This document shows, piece after piece, positions 35,880 through 48,821 of a stretch of DNA of 64,000 nucleotides. A program made the translations under genes and the position numbers. The stretch's first letter is position 1. Every line of letters starts with the position of its first letter. The stretch is from Somniosus microcephalus (lineage: Eukaryota): the NCBI GenBank assembly GCA_052327205.1, contig CM126212.1:89838001-89902000 (forward strand). The letters are read 5' to 3'. Below the pieces are notes generated by a model, which saw only the letters and a list, made by a program, of their open reading frames with translations, made no database searches and was not told the DNA's origin.

Positions 35880-37000
35880 TTATCCTAGTGAAAGTGAGGA
35901 GGGCCTGGGAGTTACAATGGACTCATCAGCTTTGGCATTGAGACAATGTGGTGAAGCAATTAAAAAAAACAGGATGTTGGGATATATAGCTAGACAGTTA
36001 TATACTGGGGCTTTACAATGCACTGGGCAGATCATACTCCACCACTGGGTTCAGTTCCGTTCTGGTCTCTATGCCACAACCGAACATAAATTGAAGAGGG
36101 TACAAAGAGCAACAAGACTGATCCGAAGAGTGCAGGGATGAGCTATGTGAGGTTAAAGAATCTCCAGCAGTACAGTCTGGAAGGAATGTCTGTAAAGATG
36201 TGGGGATGGGAACTTCAGGTATATAAAATACTAAATTCATCTCACTGCAGCTTGTGGGACCTTACTGATCTCAAACTGGCTGCTGTTTGCGCCTGTCCAA
36301 GAGTGTCTGCACTTCCAAAGTAATGCATTGGCTGGGAGTGCGGAGAGATGGCCTGAGCACATGAAAGGGTCAATAAAATAGCAATTTGTTCTATCTAAAT
36401 CGTCTAGAGAAGGTAAACCCAGAACTTGTACTAACTTACATTTCTACAGCACTCCCCATGGGCAAAAGAAACAGCAGAGCACTTTACAGGGCAATAGGTA
36501 ACAGGTGTGGACATGGGTAGAAGGGGAGGGAAGGGTTGGGAGTGAAGAGGTCTTTAGAATGCTCTGGAAATCAGGAAGGGAGCCCCAGGGGCTGGGCCAC
36601 AGTAGCTGAAGGAGTGACCACCAACAATGAAGGAGAACAAAGAGTAAGCTGGTGTTAGTGGGCATGTGCTGGGACAGATGGGTGGAGTAGGGTGGTGCGA
36701 GGTTATGGAGGGATTGATGGTGAGGCTCAGTTGATCGGGTGATGAGGGGCGGGATCTTGAAGGGAATGAATGTCAGGAAAGCAAGAGCAAGGGACTTAAA
36801 ATATTTTTTAATACAGAAATTATGAAGAACTGTTTATACTTAAAAGGGTGAGAAATGTTTGAAGTAATCTACCAGTCAAGGTCATGGAGACAAAAAAAAC
36901 CCATCACTGGAGACATTCAAATGCATCTAGATACTGTAATGGAAGATTTAGGGGAGTGGAGGGACAGGCTTCGACAGGACAGTTAGGGGCCAAAAGCCTT
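35880..37000. mobile_element. Nested decayed repeats (old CR1 on +, Deu-type SINE piece, L2 3' end on -)
   Basis: RQCGEAIKKNRMLGYIAR...LKRVQRATRLI. A SINE tail lies at about 36240-36390, and L2-like TTTCTACAGCAC...CAGAGCACTTTACA at about 36440. Confidence 0.6.
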
Positions 37001-39713
37001 CTCCATGTGACAATTGCTCTGTGAAGAATTTCCCAGCCTCAGTCCTTTACTTGTCTTTCCCTACTTTGACTCTGTGCCCCATTTCCCTACAGTGTGAAAT
37101 ATTTGTCCAGAATTCCCTTTCCTATACAGTATACCATGTTACATAGCTCCCCGAGGTCCACCCTCAGCCACTTCCTTTAAAGTTGAACAGCTTGTCTTTG
37201 TTAACTCAGTTCCTAAATATCACCCAGTGTTCTCTGTAGTCACTCTGGAGTGGCTGCGCTGCACTCACTGGGGGTGGTGGAGTGGCTGCGCTGCACTCAC
37301 TGGGGGTTGTGGAGTGGCTGTTCGCTGCAGTCACAGATGTGAAAACAGCAGAGGGGAGTGAAGAAGCTAAACAAAACACAATGTACAGCTTAGTTAGTTG
37401 AGTGAGGTCTGAAGGCTCAACTGAATGTTTCATGAGACTGCAGGTGAGGAAGCAACCACAATCTGAATTGCTGTTTGTTTGCAAACCTGACAAACCCTCC
37501 CTTGAACAGCCAGGCTATCAATTTCCTCGTAATTCCCAAAATTCATTGGCTCACATTCAGCAGCAATTCATGTAACTGAAGGTCATACAAGCTCAGCAAC
37601 GGAGCGAGAGCTTCGCCCCACACCAGAGAAACAGCAACCCTGCACGACACCTCCACTCTGCACCACCATAGAAAAGCAACACCCTCAACAACACCACAGC
37701 AGCAGATCTCCTCAGTAACAGCACCCAAACCATTGCCCCATTATCAGCTAATTCAGTGCAGACATACCTGGGACCTTCTAATCTGCCTGGCTCAGAGATG
37801 ATGCGTTTTCTCCCCAAATTTCAAAGTCAGCACTAACTAACCAAAGTTTTCATCTTAATGAGCTGTAGATCATGGACCCCTGCTGGCTACATACAACATT
37901 TAAATTTTCATTCTTTGATTTTCATATAACTCAACTTGCTAATATGGACAAATCAGCTGAGGAAAATACTGAAAAGTTGTTTTTAATGTCACCTGAACCC
38001 TTTGGTGCACTGCTTTGTAAACAGGGGAAACCAGCAGAGCAAGAAATATTAATGTAAATAGAAGCAGAGTTGCCAGGGCTTCCTGACATAAACAGACGGG
38101 CCTCAAGGGTAACATGCGGCCCACAGGTTGCAGTTTGGACACCCCAGCTCTAAACCACGATAGGTAATCCACCCGAGTAATTGCAGCCCAACTGAGGGTT
38201 AGAAACTCCAAGTCGTCACAAAGTACTGCCACTAACTGGATGGAAATGTGCTTGTGTCACTGCTGGTCTGCACAGAATCCCCTTCCCCCCTCCCCAAAAC
38301 ATCGAGAAATCTACGAGCTACTGACTACTATATTCTGCTGCACAGTCACTGCCAAATCCACCCTGCAAAAGAAAATCTCAACATCAACTGTCAAAAGCAA
38401 CATCAGTTAGGGACTCAATCGGTAGGAATTACTAAATAATGTGGCAGGGTCCGAGTCAGAGGACCAATGAGAAAGTATACTACAGGTCACACATTTAAAC
38501 ATGTATTTCAATAACTTACTGCAATTTCAAAAAAAACAGTAAAGGATCGAAGTGACCATTTCTCAAGTGGGCAGAGCTGGGAGGCACAGTCTCTAAACTC
38601 CCTTCTGCCCTTGGAGAGCGCAGTGGCTCTAATTTATGCCACCTACTCAAACTGACACTGCTGTACCTGTGCCCCACATAAACCAGCCACAGAACATCGA
38701 TGCCAGTGTGTGCGCATTGTCACCTGGCCATAGGAGGTTTGTGGCCTCCTCACTGCCAACCATTAGAGCTAATAGATGAAGCAGAGTGCACGTGTAGAAT
38801 GGAGGAATGAGCTCAAGTCTGGAACAAGCCCCGGTTTGTCTTTTCTTCTCAAAACAATTCCTTGGTCTGGGAAGGATTCCAGATCGAGTCTACAAACAAA
38901 GACTTGCGGCCACTGGATGAGTAGACAGAATGCCAACTTGCCTGACTGAATGAAGAAAAGCTACGCCACAAGGCAGTTGAGACAGGGTCCGTGCACCCTG
39001 CTATACAGGAAGTCACATCCTATAGGCATGGCTTGAAAATGGGGCACCCTAGATTTATCAATCTCTGCGCATGGGACTGGAAGTGAAACCAGTTTAAAAG
39101 AACAGCAGCATACCTCCGAGGAGGGGTTAAAACTGATCATTTCTAATCCGCACAGATCGCCTGAAAAGCAAAAATCAATTGCTAGATGGTCATATTTGCC
39201 AATATAAAAGTAGGGCATACTGATGGTGATGGAATTTAACAGATAAAATGTAAAGTATTACATCTGGATCAAAAAAAGGATATAAGCATACAGAACTGAA
39301 TGAGCAAAAAGGTAGAGCTGGGAGTAGTAGATACATCACTTCCAATATCCAGACAATGTGGGGAAGCAATTAAAGCTAATAGAATGCTGGGATGTAGCCA
39401 GAATAGTAGAGCACAGGTACCAGTTGCAGCACCACCACTGCCCAGCCAAGGTACTAAAAAAGGGGGAGAATTTGGCTCTTTTGACCCAATCCTGGTGCAG
39501 ATGGCAAACTCGCAACCTTCTGACCCAAGTGAGAGAGAGTGAGCCAAACTGACAAGAGATGAGACAACTCATTAAAAGAGATCAAACCTGGAACTTTGTT
39601 GGTCTGTGTAGTCAGTTCGAGAAGTAGTCCAGTTACTAACTGAAACACCAGGGAACATTTAAAAAAAATACAAGACTGAAGCTGAGATTTTGCTGCACCA
39701 ATCATGTACTTGC

Positions 39714-39805
39714 CTCAAAGCAGGTGAAGTCCTCAAACCCATCCGTGCAGGGCAGCACATCCTCCTCATTCCCAAATCCAGCATCATAGTTCTGACTGTC
39801 AGAAT
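39714..39805 (-). CDS. RAB11FIP3: RAB11FIP3 exon 3 with GC donor
   Basis: (D)SDSQNYDAGFGNEEDVLPCTDGFEDFTCFE; 92 nt; phase 1-0; acceptor ttcctgcag, donor GAG|gcaagt. Confidence 0.88.
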
Positions 39806-40019
39806 CTGCAGGAACATAAGTACAAGCATTAATCCTCTAGTTTCATCACACAGCAGGGTAGATGTATGCCTCATCCTGGTGCACAGTCTTTCTCATTCAC
39901 ACACACACAAAATTTGATAGTTTGATGTCTGTTTGAGCCATAAGAAAAGGCCAATAACTTTACAGGTATTAGAAGTCGGGGTATCTGCAGATATAGGGTC
40001 AGCTTCCACATGTAAAATG

Positions 40020-40855
40020 GACAACACCCACCTCTCAACTGCTCCACGACCAGTTATTATTAGACTGCTTGTCTGACGTCCAATCATTGATGGGCCACAA
40101 TTACCTCCAGCTAACACTGGGAAGACTGAAGCCATCATCCGTGACCTTGTCACAAACTCTGTACCCTTGCCAACAATTCCATCCTCCTCTCCGGCCATCC
40201 AGCTGAACCAGACTATTTGCAACCTCAGCACCCTATTTGACCCTGCATTGAGCTTCCGTCTACTTCCACCTCCGCAACATCACCCATCCGTGCGCCTACC
40301 TCAGCCCATCTGCTGCTGAAACCCTCATCCCATTCTTCGGTCACCTGCAGACTCTACTATTCCACTGCTCTCTTGGCCGGCCTCCCATCCTTCACCTTTA
40401 ACTCATCCAAAACTCTGCATCATGTATCCTACCCGGCACCAAGTCATGATCACCCATCACTCTAAGCTGCATTGGCATCCGATCCACCAACCCCTCAAGT
40501 TTTAAATTCTCATCCTTGCATTTAAATTCCTTCATGGCCTTGCTCTCAATTGCTGTAACCTCCTCGGACCCTACACAACCCCACTCCCCGGTCCTCTGAC
40601 TCTGGCCTCCTGTGCACCCCCTCGCTCCTTTCACTCCACTATTGGCAGCCGTGCCTATGCCCCAAGCTTTACAATTCTCTCCCTAAACTCCTCAATCTTT
40701 CAACCTCAAGATCTTCCTTAAACCCAAATCTTTGATTGAGCTTTTGATGTTTCCTTCTTTGGCTCAGCATCCATTTTTTATTATTATACCTCTAAACGTC
40801 TAGGGAGGTTTTTCTATGTTAAAGGAACTATACATAACTGCAAGCCATCACTGTT
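40020..40855 (+). mobile_element. L2 LINE 3' fragment
   Basis: GGGAAGACTGAAGCCATC, CTGCTGCTGAAACCCTCATCC, TCATCCAAAACTCTGC and the tail TTCTATGTTAAAGGAACTATA. Confidence 0.8.
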
Positions 40856-40869
40856 GTTGTATAGAGCAC

Positions 40870-41390
40870 AGAGTAAAGAACATTGGTTAGGTCACAATTG
40901 AAATACTGGCATGTTGTATTGTGTACCCAAGATAAAAAGGACATTAAAGCCATAGTGTGTGTACAGTATAGATTCACAAGGATGTCATCAGGGATTGGAA
41001 GCTATAGTTAGGTGGGGAGCCTGGAGATACTAGTATGACTTCCACAGGAACAGACGGTTAAGAGGAAATTTAAGACATCTTAAAAATTATGAACGGTTTT
41101 GATAGCGTGAAGAGGTAGACTATTTCCTCTGGTTGGGGATGAGGGGTATCAATTTAAAATTAGTAACAGTGAGGAGAAAGGTTAGGAGGCATTTCTCCAC
41201 ACAAGAGGGCTGTTGGGGCACAGAATGCTTTGCCACAGAGAGTGGCTGAGGCAGTGACCATTGCATCTTGAGAAAATGTTATATTTTAAGCAAAGGGCTA
41301 TATGGGGAGAGATGAGGGCATTGGGATTAGTTTTGGATTGCTCTAGCAAAGAGCTGGCACGGACACGATGGACTGATTGGCCTCTGCCCA
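40870..41390 (+). mobile_element. Decayed CR1 3' fragment
   Basis: TTGGTTAGGTCACAATTGAAATACT...AGATTCACAAGGATG...GATTGCTCTAGCAAAGAGCTGGCAC tail. Confidence 0.7.
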
Positions 41391-42383
41391 ATCACCATTT
41401 GGCAGGTGTCAGTGCTTTTGAGAGTGGGGGGGGGCACTCTCTCTCCATTTGGTTCTCAAAACAGTAGGAGTAGCAGTGTCCCCGGCAGCAGGATTCGGAG
41501 TTCTAGCACTGTTTAATTGCCTCAGTGCAATTCTATAATCATTAAGATACAGGCGAATATGGATTTTAATTTTTTAATAAAAAGGCCTATTGTCACTAAA
41601 TTGGGCAAAGATGTCAACACAAATCAGGTCACTATAGGAAGAAATGAGCTCCGTAAATAACAGCATAATTGTGTAGCGAACCAGTCAGGGAACGATGAAA
41701 AAAATGAATTCAGACAGAGGAAACTACTGAACTGGAACAAAAACAGCTGGAAAAAAAATTCAGCCACAAAGGAGTAAAAATAATCTGACTGCTGGAAGCC
41801 TCATGTGACCAGTTTCCTCAAGTTCCAAAATGGATCCTTCCCCCAGCCAATGATGTCCCTCGCCTTATAAACACACAAAATAAACCCCCAAAATAGTCCC
41901 ACCCTCTGGTGCAGAAGCAAATGACAATGTGCCAAAAAAAGTAGTGTTTGAAGGCTGAGATTCACTGACTGCTCGAGAGGGAAGGTGGTAAGTGCACAGT
42001 ACTCCCGCTCGTGGCAATGCTCAAAATTATGTTCCAGATCACAAGGGGCATGGGTCTGCTTATGGAAGCTGCAATTCATTTAACAGTTGAAAGAATCTGA
42101 ACCACAATCAGCGGAGGAGAGATTTAAGAAGCTTAATCTAGAGAAAAGCCAGCCAAGAGAAAACTCATCGAGTTATGTGAAAGTCAACAGCACAAGGTAA
42201 ACCTGGAATATTTCAATGCAAGGCAGAAAAATATAACCAAAGGATATTGATTTTAAATTTCCAACAAGTAAATTTAAGGGAATGCACTTCACTACAAATT
42301 CAGATTCTAATAACTGGAGAAGTACCCTTATTCTTTACAAAGCTCACAAAAATCGCTAAATGAGAAGCAATCAAGTATCAGTT

Positions 42384-42760
42384 TGCCTTAGTTGGTAGCA
42401 CTACCATCCGAGTCAGAAGGTTGTGGGTTCAAGCCCCACTCCAGGACTTGAGCACTTATTCTTGGCCAACACTTCAGTGCGGCAGGAAGGGATCACCCTT
42501 TGGACGATGCATTTAAATTGATGCCCTGTCTGCTTCCACCAAATGCTTCAAGTAAGTGTTAACAATCCATTGAAGCTGGGCAGACAGTTCTCCCAGTGTG
42601 CTGACCAACATTCTTCCCTTAACCAGAAGCAGGCTAACGGACGATTAAATTCATGGCTGTTTGTGGGACTTTGCTGAACAATGACTCCATTTCTAAGTAA
42701 TTGATTATACCTGTATATGAAACGCTTTGGGACACTTCGGAGAAATGTGATATGAGAAAC
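42384..42760 (+). mobile_element. tRNA-derived Deu-type SINE (SacSINE1/AmnSINE-like)
   Basis: AGTTGGTAGCAC...GAGTCAGAAGGTTGTGGGTTCAAGCCCCACTCCAG head, CCCAGTGTGCTGACCAACATT core, AAACGCTTTGGGAC tail. Confidence 0.75.
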
Positions 42761-44860
42761 GTGATATGGCACTGTACAAGTTCCTCCTTTTACCGTATGC
42801 CAACATGGTCAACTTGTGAACCAATCCAATCCCATGGTTCCGAAAGTAATTCTCGTAGCCAACATTTCTGTAGCCTTCACCTAGGATGTGGCATCTAATC
42901 CAAGGGACTGGACTCTCGTGGTTGAACTGGACATCCGGGGCACCACAAGAGCTATTAATCACTTAAGCTATCCCCAGGGGCATAGCTGCAGCATTAGAAC
43001 CTTGTGCTGTATCAAATCAAAAGACCCACAAAGAATATCAGTGAAGTTTCATGCACAGCATAGTGCCAGCAGTGGAAAGGTCAGGATTGTTCCCTGGAAT
43101 GCAATCCTTGCACAGTAACCATTACTTATGAAAGGAAACATTAGATATCAGGAACCATGGCTTGTTCACTGGTTAACTCAGTACAATTTATCCAAGAGTC
43201 TCTAAGCCCTCAGAAACCACCAGGTTGAGGAGACACCTGTCCGTGTTAACTGTGTGCAGCTTCACTCAGTAGTACTATCTAGTATTTGGGGAATAAAAGT
43301 ATTGGGGGAGGGGAGGGAGAGATACTGGGAGTTACAAACCATGCGACGGATTATGAATGGATGGAGATGGGGGATTTCTTTTTAAAAAGCAGGATAAGCT
43401 GCAGGTGAATGATTTCATCCATAAATTTTGCCAATTTAGTTTGGAAACAGCACGACAACTAATTTAACTCCGTTATGTGCCCCTGCACTTTGAGCAGCAT
43501 TCTCCTTTAAATAAAAAAAACTTGCTCAGCATACTTGGGCGAGAGTGGGGTGGGGAGGGAAGCTGGAATTAATACAATTACAATGCCAGTTTAGAAGGTT
43601 TGACACCACTACCCTCTTGGCCCCTACTTCCCCCCACAAGAGACACGCTGCACTTTCACAGGCACTATAATAGACTAGAATTTGTTCTGCCCTCGGCTAT
43701 GCCAAACTATCAGTGCATGCAACAGTCTGAGTGACAGCCTTGCAATGCCTCCCACAGTGCACACTGCTTTGATATTCAAAACACAGACTAGCTTCTTAAT
43801 AAGGGCAACTACATGCACAGTGAAGTAACATTACTTTTAAACCACGTGCAACATACCATCATGGGCGCAGTAACAGATTTCCATTCCAATCTTTTGGTAT
43901 TTCACCAACCTCCCGGTTACAGCGCCTGAGCAAAGGCATTCAGAATCCTTGTAGCTGGATATCAACAATGTGCAGGGCAGCATTCTCAACTTGTGGGTCA
44001 AGACCTATCAATCCTCTCACTTCATCTATAAACAAGGCGAGCAGGGGGGGGGGGTGGGGGGGGGGGAGGGGGGGAAAAGAGACACTGAATGCAGGGGGAG
44101 GGGTCAGAGAATATCCAGCGATGGGTATCATGTTACTGCCACCCTTTGTACAGAGCTTTTAGAAGTAAAACTTGATCCAGGATTGCAATTTGTGTCTTGT
44201 CCCTATCTATATTAAACACACCCAAAATGAAGTAGCTCTGCATTATGTAATCTTACACCCCAACTCATTAGCTCCTTCCCGCCCCCTCAATACTCCAATT
44301 GCACCTCAACCCATTCCCAAACCTCATCTTCTAGATAATACAAATCACATACTATACAGATTTACACTGACTCGTACCCCTCAATTGGGGAGAGCTACCA
44401 CTTTTCACCAAGTGAACACATTTAATCAGACTGGCGTGCAAATAGGCCAATATTCCAAGTGCCTTACACTAAAAACATGATGCTTTTATAGCACTGCGAC
44501 GCTATCGACTCCCAACGCAAGAGTTTCATGCAATCACCTGCTTACAGCTGGCAATACTGGTACAATTGTTGGTACTCTGACTCTCCTCGTTGGACCTGTA
44601 TACACAATGCAGCATGTCAATGCACTTAAGACTTAAAAAGCACGACACCGGCGCGACGACCACTCTCACATTCGCAGAGCGGAAATTATCACACTGGCCG
44701 CAACCAGGTTTCATTTGTCAGATCAACCCAAGTGAGGGAATGGGAGTTCCGTGCCTCACTGCTTTTGTACGATGCCCAAGAGAACGATGATTCCCGTGTC
44801 ACTCAAGTTCTGCAATTTCCATAAATGCCATTCCCATCACACTTGAACATCTTACTAATA

Positions 44861-45111
44861 CAGGTAGACTACCCTTTATCCGAACTTCCGAAAACCGAAA
44901 CCCTCTAAAAACCGAAGGCTTTTTCGTTCAGCGTAAGTTGTGCGCGTGGACCCCCGCCGGCCCCGACCCCCGCCCCCCACCGTAAGTCGGCGGGGGTCCG
45001 GGCCGCCGGGGGGGGGGGGGGGGGGGGGGGGGTCGGCCGCACGACTCCCCATCCGAAATTCTCCGAAAACCGGCTGGTCCCGAGGTTTTCGGATAAAGGA
45101 CAGTCTACCTG
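44861..45111. mobile_element. pogo/Tigger-like MITE, 251 bp, TA TSD
   Basis: TIRs CAGGTAGACTACCCTTTATCCGAA and TTCGGATAAAGGACAGTCTACCTG match at 22/24. TA flanks both ends, and there are subterminal CCGAAA repeats as in Tigger4/MER46. Confidence 0.9.
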
Positions 45112-46211
45112 TAGTAAAGTTAGGGATAACCAGCAGAGAGGAGCAGTAGGGTACCAAAACAAAGGAAAAATTGACACACCAACCACCACCACCCCCCCCC
45201 CCCCCCCCCAAAACCCAGAATAGTGTCAATGATGTTACAAATTCTATATGCTGCATTTTCACATAGCATGGGTCTTAGCCCCTCCCTCCCACACACAAAT
45301 TCCCAGGCCAACTTACCCCACCTGGGCCAACAAACAGTACTGAGCACCAAGGGAGAAATGGCAACACCCATCACTGCATCAATGTCCCTCAGCAAAGGCC
45401 GCAGTTTGTATTGTTAAGATGGTCACTGCAGTGGAACATTTCGTAGTTTTTATTTTTATTTATTTATTTAATTTTTATTTATTTATTTATAATACCAGCA
45501 GATCCCAAAAGGGTTACGGTTCATTTCATATTGCACTTGCCGCTGAAAGGATCAACACAACCATTGTGATCCAACTCATTTGAAGTAAGGGGCAGATAAA
45601 TTCCTGACTGTAGGGAAGAGGCATTGACTGGCTGACACTACAGGGAGATGACCTGAATAGTTACAGCAACTTAAAATGTTTCCCTAAACAAGTGACCAGT
45701 AAGGGTTGCACTAATATTTGAAATTGGGTGGTCTTTGTAAACAGAAGCAGCAAAATAGTAGCTTTCCCCCTGGTATCGCAGTCCAATTTCCAAATGGATC
45801 CAGCAGACACTGCACACCACAGGACACCTTTTAATTGGGTTGGGTTCCAACGGTCAGTTTATATCATGGGATGCAAACAACTTCACAAGAACTGCACATT
45901 CAGTTCCAAGCAGCGTTCACAAACTTAGCCAGTTTCCCTGGGACCTTCAGTATGGTCAAGGTTGGGGCAGGAATAGGTAAAAGTGTATTTCTGGCCTGAA
46001 AAGGAGAGTTCAATGCATCACAACTTAAAATGGTGCCGCCACTTGCTTTGCCACAGCCTGCACTTTTTACCTGGGGCACCCAGTAGAGCCAATCCTTCTG
46101 GAGCATGTGTTTGCCTGGGTGCCACTATCAAGTCTGGTACCTTACTGGGAATCCTGCCTGGTGATTCTATGTATACTACACTTACACTGTGTCAAATGTA
46201 TCATTTGGAGG

Positions 46212-46428
46212 CTCACCCCAGTGTCCTGGCCAATATTTATCCCTCAACCAACATCACTAAAAACAAATTATCTGGTCATTTATCACATTGCTGTTTGTGG
46301 GACCTTATTGTGCGCAAATTGGCTGCTGCGTTTCCTACATTACAACAGTGACTACACTTGAAAAACAACTTTGTTGGCTGTGCAGCGCTTTGAGACATCT
46401 GGTGGTCGTGAAAGGAGTCTTTCTTGCT
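46212..46428 (+). mobile_element. Deu-type SINE 3' half
   Basis: CCCAGTGTCCTGGCCAATATTTATCCCTCAACCAACATCACTAAA...TTGCTGTTTGTGGGACCTT...AGCGCTTTGAGACATC. Confidence 0.8.
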
Positions 46429-48708
46429 TGCCTTATGTACCACACAACCATCAACTGGTGAAAAGTTGCACCAGAAAGTTCAAATAAATTAGAGGCAGCA
46501 GTATTTAGATGCGAAGCATGGCCTCCTCATAACTGCAAAATGGGCAGTCAGCTGAAACACTTGTGAAAACACAGGTATTTGTTGGAGGCGACTATTTTCT
46601 ACCCTAGGTACCTTGTGCTTTCAGGACAATGACCCCGATGCAAGATATTTCACTGGACAGATCAGATAAGTCAGTCGGTTGAGCACTGAGCTCAGGGCCA
46701 GAAGATCTTGGGACTCAAATCCTAGCTCAGCTTTTCTAAAACAGATAGAATTAATATCTTAGCGTAGGAAGTGGGAGAAAGAGACTCGCAGTGTTTGCCA
46801 TACTGTTGTAATGTTTCCTGGTTATTCAGCAATAAAACATGGATCAATGCTGCATCCAAAGGGTATCTGTACAGCTAAAATCCCTCAGGATGCTTCCTGA
46901 GACTCTAAAGGGAGGAATTGGAGAACATTTAACTCGATGACAGGAAAGTTTAGGTTTTACTCATTTAATTGGTTTCTCAGCATCAAGACCCACTCCCTGC
47001 AATCTGGAGCGACACCTTACTTGTACAACATCTGGTATTGTAGCACAGCCCAGGAGTCAAGCAGAAACCTTGCTTCCTGTATTCAGCTCACTGAGCGATG
47101 ACATGAGCTCTCATGAGCTCCTGGACGTCAGATAGCAGAAGAATCAACATTCATCAAGCTGTAGTTTAGGCTATAAAGTAAGAACGGATTGATTAGAAGT
47201 AACAGATTAGCAATGGCAAGATACAATGCAGCAGTATGCACCGTTTCTACTAACTTTTACCTCACACTCCCTCCTTGGATACAATAACATAACACTTCAC
47301 TAACTCTACTACCTGGACTAACAGGTGTTCTATAATTTTAATACACAGGGATTGTAATGTCCCCAGAGCTGCCCAACACCACCTCCGCATGACCTGCAGT
47401 GGAGGAACACAAGAACTGGCGAGCAGGATTATAATCCTACGTATCCCCTGGATTTCAGAAGATCAAAAGGTGATTAAATGACTGTTATATATAAATTTGA
47501 ACACAGCTATCCAAAAGGGAAGGTTTCCCAAAATACCTATCCATAGACAGTTAAGCAGAAGGTTAACTTTAATCAATGTCCATGGCTTTGCCATTAAAAC
47601 ATAAGATATTAAGTCTGTCTAGACTCCAACTGACTCAATTGACCATCCACAGAAAAACAGTAAACAAGCTTGCAATTAGTATATAAACATATGAAGCATC
47701 CCATCTCATCGCAGTTGGTTTCAGAGTTTCTTGGAGATTTAAACGTGCAGCTCCGGCAGAATAACTATCAGCAGCCTCCCCTCCAACATTAAAAGCAGAT
47801 AGGCCAAGATTCAAAACATGATGAAACTTCATCATTGCGAGCTTTCCCAGAGTTACAGGAATACATGATGTATGAATGCAAATTAGAGAGGCCAAAAACT
47901 GAGACAACTAAAACAAGTGAGTCGCCTGCCTGGGAAAGAAGATATTAAAATGGGGGCAGGTTGGAATTTGCACAGTATCCAGGAGGATGAAGTCACGTGT
48001 GACAGTTAAAACTAAAAACAAATTTATTCCAATGTTTTAAGACTAAAATCTTAATTTCTCCAGCACCAGTTAGCAAGGATGGCAATTGTTGCAAAGGCAA
48101 GAACACCCTCCCCCATCACCAACCTAAACATTTGCAAGTTTGATGTAAATTAACTGTGCTCAAATTATAAAAAGGGGTATTACTATCAGGTTACAGACCA
48201 CCTCTTGTACATGTCTCAGCAGTGGCTTTTAAGCATATTCCAGTTATCTCGCACTAAAGGCAGAGGCTTCAATTTTAACCCAGCAGATTAAACAGGTTCA
48301 CTCCCCAGTGATACAGGGCAGAGACTCTGTAGAGCACATTCACTGGCCAATATGGAGTTCAGCATTTCATTTATAGATACCAAGTTAGGATCTGTGTGTA
48401 CACTGCTTGTGGAGATGGGATACCAAGGCTAAAAAAAACAGGTAATACTTTGTTAACCCCCAAGTAAGAGGGAATAGCCTTGAAGCAAACTGAGGGTTTG
48501 TGGGGTAGTGTGCATCATTAACAGTTAAAAATGAGTGAGAGATGTTTATAGTTAACTCATTTTATTCATTATACTGAATTCTTCCAGTTTGTTCCTGATT
48601 TAAACTGGTTATGTAGAGTCAACATATGAACAGAAGCATATAAAATGGAGCATTCCTGCAGCATGCAGTCTGCACAAACCCTGCAGGTTTACTTTGCACA
48701 ATCTTTAC

Positions 48709-48805
48709 CTCCATTATTCTTGATAGCAGCAATTCCACGACAGAAGTCGTCAAAGGCAATGACCCCAAGACCAGCAGGATCTAGGTACTTAGTCAACTCC
48801 TTCAC
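48709..48805 (-). CDS. RAB11FIP3: RAB11FIP3 exon 2 (second EF-hand)
   Basis: VKELTKYLDPAGLGVIAFDDFCRGIAAIKNNG; 97 nt; phase 0-1; tctttgtcttttcag acceptor, gtaaag donor. Confidence 0.95.
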
Positions 48806-48821
48806 CTGAAAAGACAAAGAG

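Noticed and set aside
4526-48805. RAB11FIP4 as an alternative identity
   Set aside because: NEVTDSAYMGSESTYSECETFTDED, RLSSKKVA and the linkage to CLUAP1 favour FIP3.
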